This document shows positions 48,764 to 58,413 of a stretch of 64,000 nt of DNA, one piece after another. The notes under the pieces were generated by a model. It had not been told where the DNA came from, ran no database searches, and worked only from the letters and a program-made list of their open reading frames with translations. The DNA lies in the NCBI GenBank assembly GCA_048013815.1, contig CM106585.1, positions 1,674,001 to 1,738,000 of the forward strand, written 5' to 3'. The stretch's first letter is position 1; every line of letters starts with the position of its first letter. Both the position numbers and the translations under genes were made by a program. Source of the DNA: Setoptus koraiensis. Taxonomy: Eukaryota; Animalia; Arthropoda.

Positions 48764-50083
48764 TTAGAAGGACTTGAATATAATGGCGGATGCAGCTCCA
48801 CTAGCAAAGAGTAGTATGCCAGATATAATCGGGCCAGGAAAATACGTTTTTCTCACTTTTCCAAGCGTTTCTATAACCCACTTATTAGAATCTTTATAAG
48901 GTGGATATCTTCTTGAACCAATCGCTTCCAAAATCGAGTTGTATCCACGTTTGATGACTGCCTTACTGTTGGAGAAAGTTTCAAACGAGTAAGACCCGTG
49001 ATACTTGCCTATTCCACTGTTGCCGACGCCCCCAAAAGGCAATGATGTCGAGTTGACTTGTAAAATTACATCATTTACTACTACAGATCCTGATGATGTA
49101 TAGTTCAAAAATCTGTCCACTACTTTGTTGGATTTTGAGAACACGTATAAAGACAATGGTTTTTCGCGTTCGTTTATAATATCTATGGCCTCCTGAACAG
49201 ACGTCACCGTGACAAATGGCAACAAAGGACCGAAAATCTCTTCCTTCATGATGGGATCATCTAGACTACAATCTGTAATAATGGCAGGACTAATATGAAG
49301 CTTTTCCGGATACAAATCACCGCCAATAACGAGTCTACTTTCTTTGATTAATTTCTTAAGACGATCGAAATGAGACTGATTCACAATCCGTCCAAAATCT
49401 GCACTCTTGTCCGTTGCATTATTATAGAATTGCTCAAGAACTTTGGGAAAATATTTTCTTGCCGAATCTTGAGTTTTCTCGCTACACAGCACATAGTCGG
49501 GCGCTATACAAGTCTGACCGGCATTTAGGAATTTTCCCCAAAATAAACGTAGCCAAACTGCCTCAATATCTCTGACATCGTCATCAATATAAACAGGGGA
49601 CTTGCCACCTAGTTCTAAAACGACTGGTGTTAGAGTTTTGCTCGCCTCCATGTAGACCGCTTTGGCCCCTTTCTCTCCTCCAGTATAAAAGATGTGATCA
49701 AATCTGTAGTTTTTAATCAGGTGTGATGTTGCATCCAGGTCACAATTTAATACTTGATAGCATTCACTATCCAAATATTTTGGTATCAATGACTCCAAGA
49801 CGCCCGAAGTACATGATGAGTTCTCTGGTAACTTTAAAATAACACAATTTCCTGCAGCTATCGCTCCAACCAATGGTCCCAAAGCTAGATTAATTGGATA
49901 ATTCCATGCTCCCAAAATCAAGCAGACACCCAACGGCTCTTTTTGAACATAAAGCGAGTCAAACATGGATAACATGGTAGTTGCTTTCTTCTCTGGCTTC
50001 ACAAACTCATCTATATGATAGAGCATATCGGCAATTTCGTTGGTTACGGTATTGATTTCGCATATATTAGACTCGTAGGTCGG
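48764..50083 (-). CDS. ALDH3: Aldehyde dehydrogenase family 3 (fatty-aldehyde dehydrogenase-like), exon 2; spliced protein 503 aa
   Basis: Acceptor tgtgtag|CCG. Motifs EPLGVCLILGAWNYP, FYTGG, LELGGKSP (general base E), GQTCIAPDY (catalytic C), EEIFGP, LPFGGVGNSGIGKYHG, and a hydrophobic C-terminal anchor. Confidence 0.95.
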   Translation of the reverse strand, partial: PTYESNICEINTVTNEIADMLYHIDEFVKPEKKATTMLSMFDSLYVQKEPLGVCLILGAWNYPINLALGPLVGAIAAGNCVILKLPENSSCTSGVLESLIPKYLDSECYQVLNCDLDATSHLIKNYRFDHIFYTGGEKGAKAVYMEASKTLTPVVLELGGKSPVYIDDDVRDIEAVWLRLFWGKFLNAGQTCIAPDYVLCSEKTQDSARKYFPKVLEQFYNNATDKSADFGRIVNQSHFDRLKKLIKESRLVIGGDLYPEKLHISPAIITDCSLDDPIMKEEIFGPLLPFVTVTSVQEAIDIINEREKPLSLYVFSKSNKVVDRFLNYTSSGSVVVNDVILQVNSTSLPFGGVGNSGIGKYHGSYSFETFSNSKAVIKRGYNSILEAIGSRRYPPYKDSNKWVIETLGKVRKTYFPGPIISGILLFASGAASAIIFKSF

Positions 50084-50192
50084 CTACACATTGCATGAAA
50101 GTTGAAAAGCAATTTACGATGAAATAAACAGAGAAGATTAATAATTATTGATTTCTCAGTGGTACACTAAGGATGATCACAAGATTACTTGC

Positions 50193-50384
50193 CTTGTTTA
50201 AGTCAGCGCGAAGCGCATCACAAAGAACATCTCTATTATCCTCGAGAAGTAAATTTAATTGTTTCAATTGTTTCTTTCTAAAACGAACATCTTTAGTTTT
50301 GTTGGATGCAAATGCTTTTCTAGCAGTATCCAAAAGCTGGTTTTGGTATTCATATATATTTTTTGTATTGTTCGTGATATCCAT
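50193..50384 (-). CDS. ALDH3: ALDH3 exon 1 (64 codons, MDIT...ADLNK)
   Basis: ARKAFASNKTKDVRFRKKQLKQL...DALRADLNK matches the ALDH3 N-terminus. Non-canonical GC donor AAG|GCAAGT; 109-nt intron, phase 0. Confidence 0.88.
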
Positions 50385-53041
50385 GTCGTTGTTGATGAAG
50401 TTGTGGTTGTTGGTATTGTGCCACAGTTGTAGTCGAGTAGCGTATAAATGAAATTGTTTGTCAGTTTATGGTGATGAAAATTAAATAAAACTGAGAGTTG
50501 TGAATGAAAGTGAAAATAATATGTTTCTACATGTATAGATAATATAAGATTTATTGTGTACAGTTGAGAAATCTCATTTTCTAATTATCAATGTAGGTTT
50601 GTTGATCCTACAAGATAAAAGATGAGACCGATGTAGCATGATGTCTTGAGAGAACAATCTAGTAAATCACTATCTATAAGGACAAACATAAACTTAGTGA
50701 CAATTAAATAGATCTCGACGATTGATAACTCGTGTTCGAGTTACCACATAAGCAGAGGTTTAGTAGGTGGATTCTCGGAGAACTATGAGACGCAAGTTAA
50801 GTTAGCCTAGTTCTGGGCAATAGGATTTATAATGAATAAAAAAAGAACATGGGCAATGGACTGGGCTTAAAATCTTGCTCAAGGTAGCAAATATGATCAA
50901 TAGCGCTCGGCTATGAACTCTGAGACTCAACTATGATCAACATGCTCGCACTTGTATTAGGTGGTGCCTGGAAAAGAAGTTTAGTTAATCAGGTTTACTA
51001 ATCTACTTGGTCTGATAGAGATCCTCGCAACGAACAAACGATGCATGGTTTGTTCGTTGCCATGATACATCAGAAAGTATACTCCAGTAATTTGTACTGT
51101 CTCATTGAACTTGAATCAAGATGCAAACACGTAAAAGTAGTATCAGCGAACAACAGCGATTGCCAAAGAATATTTGCTGTATGCTATTAATAGCAATACA
51201 ATAATGTATAAACGTGTTTCAGTTTTCGCTGAAGAAATACTCAGAACTCTGTCTGAGAGAATTGCAAATTTTCTTTCGTTGAGTGAGGGAGAACAACAGC
51301 AACAGAATTTAGCGAATTTAATCAGATTGTCATACTCGGTTTCCTCAGGATTTAGTTACGTACAGTATCGGATGGTGTTGAGCTGTTAGAAAGGAAACAA
51401 GGCATGTAATAAAAAGGGAATTGAGAGAGAATAAAAGAGGCACTCACCTGGTCGAAATCTACCATGTCGCGGGTTTTAATTCGGCATGAGCTCTTATATG
51501 ACATTGTTATTGTATGTAGGCCGTAGACAATCTTGAGATTTTTCAAAATTCTATGGCGTATTATTCGTTATGTATATTGATCGACTTTAGTCAATATTAA
51601 CAGGCTGTGTGAAATTAGTATGAATAGTGAAATTGAAAACTATCAACGATAAATCCTATCTCAAAATTGGGGTTTGCTACGGATGGATTGTAGTGACAAT
51701 GCAACTGTTTCTTTGTTTGTTTCCATCAGAACGTACTAACAATTTGTATTACAGGCGGCTTGCGATTGAAAATGTTTTATTTCTAACAAGATTCGTTCAT
51801 TGGTTGCTATTGTTGCTGATAGAAAAATAGAAAAAGAAAACAAAAATATAAAGATGATAAAACAAAGACCTTTGATTAACATCTCGTAGTCAGTGCTTAA
51901 CATTGAGAGCTTTGGATATACCATAGTCAACTATGATAGACCATTTGATAGCGAAGACGAGCCAAAACCTGTGTTAGCCAAATGAAGCATGTTAATTTAG
52001 ACACCTGCTAGGTAGTGAACCACTGAGTCAGTCATCATTAAACGAAACTTTCGCTTTTCGAGCGAGTGTTATGTTACTCTGTCGCACATGAACAAATTAG
52101 TCGATTGATAGCTCCATCAGAGGTCGCCTCTCAAATGATGCTATTAGTATTCTGCCATTATGTTTGATGTTGCTGATCTATTCGATGTGATAATGATGGC
52201 GGAATGAGAAAACACCAAACTTTATAAAATGTCAGACACTAACAAACCTGCCAGAGAATTGCAATCAACCTAAGAAGAGAATGAAAATAAATCGACAGAA
52301 CAGGTTGCATGTATTTCCAAGTATTAACTAATTGCTTCTTCAACAGTATAATCGCACGAATGATTCAAAAAACTTTCGCTAGGGCATCTCAATTGTTGCA
52401 GTAAACACTGGCGAAGTTTCCAATAATGAACGAGCAAGAGGCAATTACGCGACACTTGCTTCGCTTGTCTGTCTCGGTATAGCGCAAGTAGATAGGAGGA
52501 AATGAAACAAAAAGAAATAAAGAAGAAGAACGAGAAACATTCATCAAAACAATTTGCATCGTGTATTCTGGAGTGCTCAGCGCCTCACGCGATCATACTC
52601 GCCAAGATGCTCTCAACATAATTGGCATGCACACTGTCTAAAATATATACAATGTATTAAGCTTACATGAATGATTTTGTGTATTTATTTGCGTTGCACG
52701 TAGGATAAGACCACCAACATATTACAGCAAACCCCGTAGTATAGTAAATGCTTCCCAAGTTGGAGATACAACAGATCATTGTAAAACCATCCACATGAGT
52801 TACGATCGCTAACGAACAGATATACTACAGGCGTGCCATCTTGCACCTGACAACCTTGTGAGCACCTAAAGCTAGCAGTGCTGCGCAATATCTCTCTATC
52901 TAGTCACTGACTGAAACATAGATTGTGTTTGTTGTGTTGCTAATGCAAAATTGGAAAGCTCTCGGCTGACTAGAAACTTGCCGGACTCGATTGTTGCATG
53001 ACTATGGAAATGTGCAGTGTAAAAGTGGCGAGAGATAACTA

Positions 53042-53381
53042 GCTAGCGCACACCACATTAACTTGCCTCCGGAGTGTAGCCTAGGCTGGCGGTCTATCAG
53101 GTCTGGAATCCAGACTTGATAGACCGCGGCCTAGGCATCCATACACTATTACAGACAAAAAGATGCAAAAACAACAAACAACAAACAACAACAACACTAA
53201 CAATGTTGAAAACACAGCGGTTCCGAAAGGGCCGCTAAGCGGAGGGTAGTCTCGCCAATGTAGTCAGTTCATCCGGGGGTACTGACGAAACTGGTGGGCT
53301 GCCAATCCGCAACTTTTGTAACTGCCTCTTTTTGTCTCAGAATATCCCGAGAGGTCTGAGGCCAAGTCGGCGATGCTTTTT
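53042..53381 (+). ncRNA. Structured repeat RNA, copy 1 (340 nt; 5' domain is a long hairpin)
   Basis: Shares the upstream AAAGTGRYGAGAGA motif, GAAA hairpin, GCCAATGTAGTCAG...CTGACGAAACTGGTG core, AACTTTTGTAACTGCC and terminal TTTTT with the other copies. Confidence 0.55.
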
Positions 53382-53468
53382 GCTGGCAACCAGTGATCAA
53401 TGGATTGTAAACTAGTAAATTTTTTAAATTGAGCAACCGCTATAGTGCAAAGTGATGAGAGAACAGTA

Positions 53469-53850
53469 GCCGGCGCACACATCTAACAATCGCCTCCGGA
53501 GTGTAGCCTAGGCTGCTAGGCCGCTGGACTGACGAGTCCGGCGTCCCTGCGCAACCCGGGTGCACTGTTACCGACAACCTTCAATTTAAAAACCTAAAAA
53601 CAAGCTTTCATTTAAACATGTACCTAGAAACATATAATGGAAACTACAAAACAGCAGGGTTCCGAAAGGGTCGTCTGCTGGGCGGAGAGGGTAGTCTCAC
53701 CAATGTAGTCAGATCACCGGAGGTACTGACGAAACTGGTGCGGCGGCCGGATCCGTAACTTTTGTAACTGCCCTCTCCACACCCTCCTTTTGCCTCAGAA
53801 TACCCGAGGTGTCGCAGGTCAAGTCCTGGCGCAAGTTGGCAACGCTTTTT
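53469..53850 (+). ncRNA. Structured repeat RNA, copy 2 (382 nt)
   Basis: Terminal stem GCCGGC/GTTGGC, cloverleaf-like 5' domain 53500-53566, A-rich linker, GAAA hairpin, 12-bp stem GGAGAGGGTAGT/ACTGCCCTCTCC, TTTTT at 53846-53850. Confidence 0.6.
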
Positions 53851-53937
53851 GCTGGCAATCAGTGATCAATGGATTGTAAACTAGCAAATTTTTTAAATTG
53901 AGCAACCGCTATAGTGCAAAGTGATGAGAGAACAGTA

Positions 53938-54138
53938 GCCGGCGCACACATCTGACAATCGCCTCCGGAGTGTAGCCTAGGCTGCTAGGCCGCTGGACTG
54001 ACCGGTCCGGCCCGGCGTCCCTACGCATCCCGGGTGCACTGTTACCGACAACCTTCAATTTAAAAACCTAAAAACAAGCTTTCATATAAACATGTACCCT
54101 AGAAACAACTAGAGACATAAAATGGAAACTACAACACA
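53938..54138 (+). repeat. Structured repeat RNA, copy 3 (5' half only, truncated)
   Basis: Near-identical to the copy 2 5' half (period 469 bp), then runs into the upstream motif of copy 4. Confidence 0.7.
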
Positions 54139-54160
54139 GTAAAGTGGTGAGAGAACATTA

Positions 54161-54503
54161 GCCGGCGCACACACCTCGTCCTCGCCCCCGGAGTGTAGCC
54201 TAGGCTGCTGGGCTGCTGGACTGCCCTGTCCGGCATCCCTCCGCGACCCTGATGCACTGATACCGAAAAAACGCTAAAAATCTAAACAACAACAACACAA
54301 ACAACAACAGCAGGTTCCGAAAGGGCCACTGAGCGGAGAAGGTAGTCTCGCCAATGTAGTCAGTTAATCCGGGGGTACTGATGAAACTGGTGCGGCAGCC
54401 GGATCCGTAACTTTTGTAACTGCCCACTCCACGCCCTCTCTTTGCCTCAGAATACCCCGAGGTGTCGCAGGTCAAGTCCTGGCGCTAGTCGGCAACGCTT
54501 TTT
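54161..54503 (+). ncRNA. Structured repeat RNA, copy 4 (343 nt)
   Basis: GCCGGC/GTCGGC terminal stem. Compensatory change TGCTGGAC/GTCCGGCA versus CGCTGGAC/GTCCGGCG in copy 2. TTTTT at 54499-54503. Confidence 0.6.
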
Positions 54504-54706
54504 GCTGACAACCAATGATCAAAAGCGTTTCAACTCTGCTAGAGTGGGGCATTGTAAAAGAAGACTCACAAAACAGACAAGACAAAACAAAAGCTACCGA
54601 GGGAATTGAAAGAGCTGTTGATACACTCGAGGTGAGCTTTAGAGATCTCTATAGTTGAGTAATTTAATCATCATTGAAGCCTTAACTTAAAAAAAAAGAA
54701 TACAAG

Positions 54707-55756
54707 TCATACAATTTTCAACCCAAGCACTCTTTCAATCATGTCTGGTTTCAACCAGAGGACTAGGGGACTTGCGCCGGGCACGTAGGGACCTCGACAA
54801 TGAAAGAACAACAAACCATCCAGTTTGATGATATCGTCACCTATTGTAAGATTGCCTAGATCGCCTTTCAGTAACTTGATAATTTCTTCATCACTTGCAG
54901 AATAAGAATCAATCATCTGAAACTTGTTTTGATTTCTTTCGTTTATATTGGCCAATTTTGGTGCCAATTCTTCGTATTTTGATTTCAACCAGAAGAATCT
55001 GAACTGAGCTTCTGATTCGTATAAATTTAAACTGTTCCATGATATAATATCTAAAAGATAAAATGTCTTAATACTTTGCAAATATATACAATCAATTATG
55101 GTAGATTGCTTTTTGCATTGTTGAAGTGCATCATTTTTGGCGTAACCTGAAGGGGAACCACCAGGCAATTGTGAATAAAACGAGATTAAAAATTTTCCAG
55201 TTCTACTGTAAGCCACTGTTTGGCCTCTATTTGATATAACTAGACATCTCTTTCCCACAGGGACTGCCTTAAGTAACCAATCTGTCTCAAAATCCATTGG
55301 CCTGTCCAAAAGCCATTCCGAAAGCATCACCTTGTTTCGAAAACGTCTGAGATCATTAGAATAGATACTGGATGTTTGTTGCTTTTTAGATGTATTTTTA
55401 GACTCCTTTGAACAACTTGTGGAGGATGATTCATTGGATGTCTCGGGTTCATCTGAAATGATGCCAGTATTATCTGCATGATATTCAGTCCGCACAAACT
55501 CGTCATCCGTTTCATTAACTTCTGTCACAAATCTTCTTAATTTTGCCAACAATTGATCACGTTTTGATTTTTGATTTATCAATATTTCTGTGCGTCGCTG
55601 TTGTTGCTTCGATTTAAGTTTGTCACAATTTTTATACATGGATGCATAGTGAGGGTGGGCTCTATCTGAGGCCAGGTCGTTGAGAGTTTTCCGTATGCCA
55701 ACATTAGTATCAAACCGCTCCAAAAGATCATTGATATTAGAGTCCATGATGTGCAT
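54707..55756 (-). CDS. SNUPN: Snurportin-1 (m3G-cap snRNP import adaptor), intronless
   Basis: IBB-like HPHYASMYK...QQRRTEILINQKSKR, and cap-binding domain MLSEWL, PVGKRCLVIS, LPGG, TIIDCIY, YLLDIISW, FRFFWLKSK, DGLLFFH, Y.PG.SPLVLWLKP. First ATG at 55756 (alternative 55747); the track start at 55774 is TTG. Confidence 0.93.
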   Translation of the reverse strand: MHIMDSNINDLLERFDTNVGIRKTLNDLASDRAHPHYASMYKNCDKLKSKQQQRRTEILINQKSKRDQLLAKLRRFVTEVNETDDEFVRTEYHADNTGIISDEPETSNESSSTSCSKESKNTSKKQQTSSIYSNDLRRFRNKVMLSEWLLDRPMDFETDWLLKAVPVGKRCLVISNRGQTVAYSRTGKFLISFYSQLPGGSPSGYAKNDALQQCKKQSTIIDCIYLQSIKTFYLLDIISWNSLNLYESEAQFRFFWLKSKYEELAPKLANINERNQNKFQMIDSYSASDEEIIKLLKGDLGNLTIGDDIIKLDGLLFFHCRGPYVPGASPLVLWLKPDMIERVLGLKIV

Positions 55757-56078
55757 ATGTGTTGCCAGACTCAAATTGGGGTATCTTATTTAAGTAATCG
55801 TCGAAATAAAAATTTACAAGTCACAACATTGTAAAGTGATATCCAATCGAGAAGATACGAACATCTGTTCGTGGAGGCGTTAGCTGTTGAAGGCAACAAA
55901 CAAACACATGAGTCATGTGACATGACCCATGTGCTCCGCGCATAAACGTGGTGAGAAAATAAAATCCAAATGTCATTTTATGATTTGATCCAAGAACCGT
56001 CTTGATTTGGTAGACCACAACTGATAGGCATATGTATTTTCACGTTTATTTTCAAACAATATACTGACATAGAAAGAG

Positions 56079-56114
56079 ATGACGTCCTCCGAAGAGGAGA
56101 AATTAAGAATTCAG
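56079..56114 (+). CDS. RPAP3: RPAP3/Spaghetti-like protein, exon 1 (MTSSEEEKLRIQ)
   Basis: ATG at 56079, donor CAG|GTGAGT. The 96-nt intron joins in phase 0 to GNEAFKKG, completing TPR helix 1. Confidence 0.8.
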
Positions 56115-56210
56115 GTGAGTTGTCTTGATTGAATTATGCTGTTCCAAATTAGCAATAATTGCTCGCCTATGAAACTAACTATATCCTGTATCTATTCTAC
56201 ACATCAACAG

Positions 56211-56981
56211 GGTAACGAAGCCTTCAAGAAAGGGAATTTCGATGTGGCGATAGAAAAATACACTGAAGCCTTGACCATAAAAAGCGATTCGCCCGTCATA
56301 TTATCCAATAGAGCCCAATGTTTTCTCAACAAAAAACTTTATTTTCATGCCGAAGAAGATTGCTCTAAAGCACTTAAATTGGATTTGAACTCGGTCAAGT
56401 CTTACTACAGACGAGCACAAGCCAGAAAACATCTCTATAGGTACCCCGGCGCTATATCAGACTTGCGTGAGGTGTTGAGACTTGATAGTTCAAACAAACA
56501 GGCGAAAATCGAGTTAGACATAATCTCCAGTGACATAAAGAAGGACACACAGCATTCAATATCTCATGAATCGAAACCAGAGGAACTCAGAGATAACAAG
56601 GAGCTACTATCTTTAATTATAAACAATATTCCAAGTAGAAAGGCAAGGACAATCGCTAAATTTCCGAATAAATTGCCAACAAACTACATACAGTTTGACT
56701 GCTGTTGGCGAGACATTCGCGGATCCAACTCTAACGATATCAAATTTCAACTTTTGACAACTTTGGGTGAAAATTTGCAATCGATTCTTCAATCTAAAAG
56801 TATTGAGCCAGAGTTGCTTGAAGAAATCATCAATATCTGCCGCGAGTATCGTTGTCAGCATACCAAGGAAGTTAAACGTATTTTCGAAATTTTGCAATCA
56901 GCACCAAGATTTAATCTATCAATGTTACTGTTGAATGAAGAAGATAAAAAATTCTTTCGAGAAGTAGCAATTGTTTCATAA
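56211..56981 (+). CDS. RPAP3: RPAP3/Spaghetti-like TPR co-chaperone, exon 2; spliced protein 268 aa
   Basis: Acceptor tcaacag|GGT. Three TPRs with clamp residues (GNEAF, SNRAQC, KSYYRR). C-terminal RPAP3_C-like segment PTNYIQFDCCWR...IEPELLEEII...RFNLSMLLLNEEDK. Confidence 0.75.
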   Translation, partial: GNEAFKKGNFDVAIEKYTEALTIKSDSPVILSNRAQCFLNKKLYFHAEEDCSKALKLDLNSVKSYYRRAQARKHLYRYPGAISDLREVLRLDSSNKQAKIELDIISSDIKKDTQHSISHESKPEELRDNKELLSLIINNIPSRKARTIAKFPNKLPTNYIQFDCCWRDIRGSNSNDIKFQLLTTLGENLQSILQSKSIEPELLEEIINICREYRCQHTKEVKRIFEILQSAPRFNLSMLLLNEEDKKFFREVAIVS

Positions 56982-58413
56982 ATTATGTCAATTATAAGAA
57001 CACTCAAAATGATATAGAATCCGAGAGGAGTTTTGTTTTCTCATAACTATTACTATCTAACTACACTGAGGTATTTATATCTTATCTATAACTACTTCGA
57101 AAGTGTAAATCAAAAGCATAACGTCCGCAGACCCTTTGAAAACACGAAGCTTAGATTCAAATTTGGTAGGTTGCAAGCATTGGATCATTTAATTGTAGTG
57201 AATTTATCACTATGCAAACAGCCCAAGGAATGCATTATACGGTTCCTATCGACTTCTCCTTGGTTGAGCCTCATCAACTGTCTAGAATATCCGACTGTGC
57301 TTTCCCGGCCAAATCAACATCAGAGTTTGAAAGCAAAAACAAAGAAGAGGGTGATGATTGATTGTTTTAAATTTGATTGGGATTTTCCTTTAAACGATTC
57401 AACTTCCATAAGATATGATCCGCCCCTACTGCTTTCTCTGATACTTCTTTGGTCCACCGCAAAAGTTGCCAAACAATTGATGCCTGACATTACGCAATGT
57501 AAATATTGTAATTTGGTCAAATCTCTCGAGCTTCTGAGTTTCTAAAGAGAAAAGTGTAGATGTCCGTTCTACCTATGACCGATTCTCATGTTTTACGCTG
57601 CTATGAACAAAACTGAGCTCAAGTAAAAAAGCAAACACTGTAGTTCTACCATATATTACGTAAGCTGCTCATGTATTGATATTGCATCATCATATCTTTT
57701 ACTGAACTTCATCATTCTATTCTATGGTCGTCTCGCACAGTCGCCTTATATCATCGGTTTGAAAATAACAAACACTGTCCACTGTTGTTGTTGTCTTGGT
57801 GCAATTGTAAGTACGAAATATAATGAATGATAGTTGAACCAAGACAGACCTTTGTCGTTTGCTAGTATTATGTAACGTGACGAAACAACACCAACAGTAT
57901 TGGTCAATTGTTTGTAATCATCGCTTTTTATGCGCTTTGTTCGCTGTTAAATAGACATGAATAAGTGTTGATGCTCGGACATTTGTAGTGGACTTGGTAT
58001 TTATTTGTCTGGCCATCTAATGATTTACGCTCTTACGAGAGATTACATAACCATCCACAAATTGAAGACTCTTACTGAGCCACGGCAAATTATAACCACG
58101 AAGAATAAGCCAACTTCCTGCCTCGGTGAACGGCCATGTAGCAAAGAACTTTCTCTGGTTGCTGGAAAGTGAAACGTGTGTCTGTTAAAACTCGGATTCT
58201 CAATGTCCAGGGTTCTTTATAAAAACATTCTTTCTATGATTGATCCGCATGAAGCACAGACTTTTTTCATCATTCTCGGTATACCAATCATAAAAAAACA
58301 AGTAATAAAGAACAGTAATATTACATGTAAAATAAACAGAGTAAAGGGATATCAGACTGTGTTGAGTGATGTTAATTAATTACAATCATTAACTATTGAA
58401 GATAACGATAGAG

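Noticed and set aside
52600-52900. Short Cys/aromatic-rich frames between ALDH3 and the RNA array
   Set aside because: No consistent start or splice structure and no recognisable family.
53589-53597. AACCTAA as a possible telomerase template for TTAGG
   Set aside because: Present only in copies 2 and 3, inside a poorly conserved A-rich linker, and I could not see a template-adjacent pseudoknot. A covariance search would be needed to exclude it fully.
53529-53735. CTGACGA and GAAAC words suggesting a hammerhead ribozyme (retrozyme-like array)
   Set aside because: CTGACGA at 53529 is a hairpin loop that is not conserved in copies 3 and 4. In CTGACGAAAC there is no stem II between CUGAnGA and GAAA, so the core cannot form.
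53791-53822. Resemblance to the 5S rRNA 3' end (GCCT..GAATACC..AGGTGTCG) and SRP (GCAGGTCAA)
   Set aside because: Short matches only. The 5S box C and the SRP helix-8 GGAAAC motif are missing.
54161-54200. GCCGGC...TCCTCGC suggesting an HDV-like ribozyme
   Set aside because: No P3 complement flanks the L3-like word, the P1 3' strand is absent at the required position, and the word occurs only in copy 4.
57033-57545. 170-aa ORF downstream of RPAP3
   Set aside because: Non-ATG start, no recognisable motif, AT-rich UTR-like composition.
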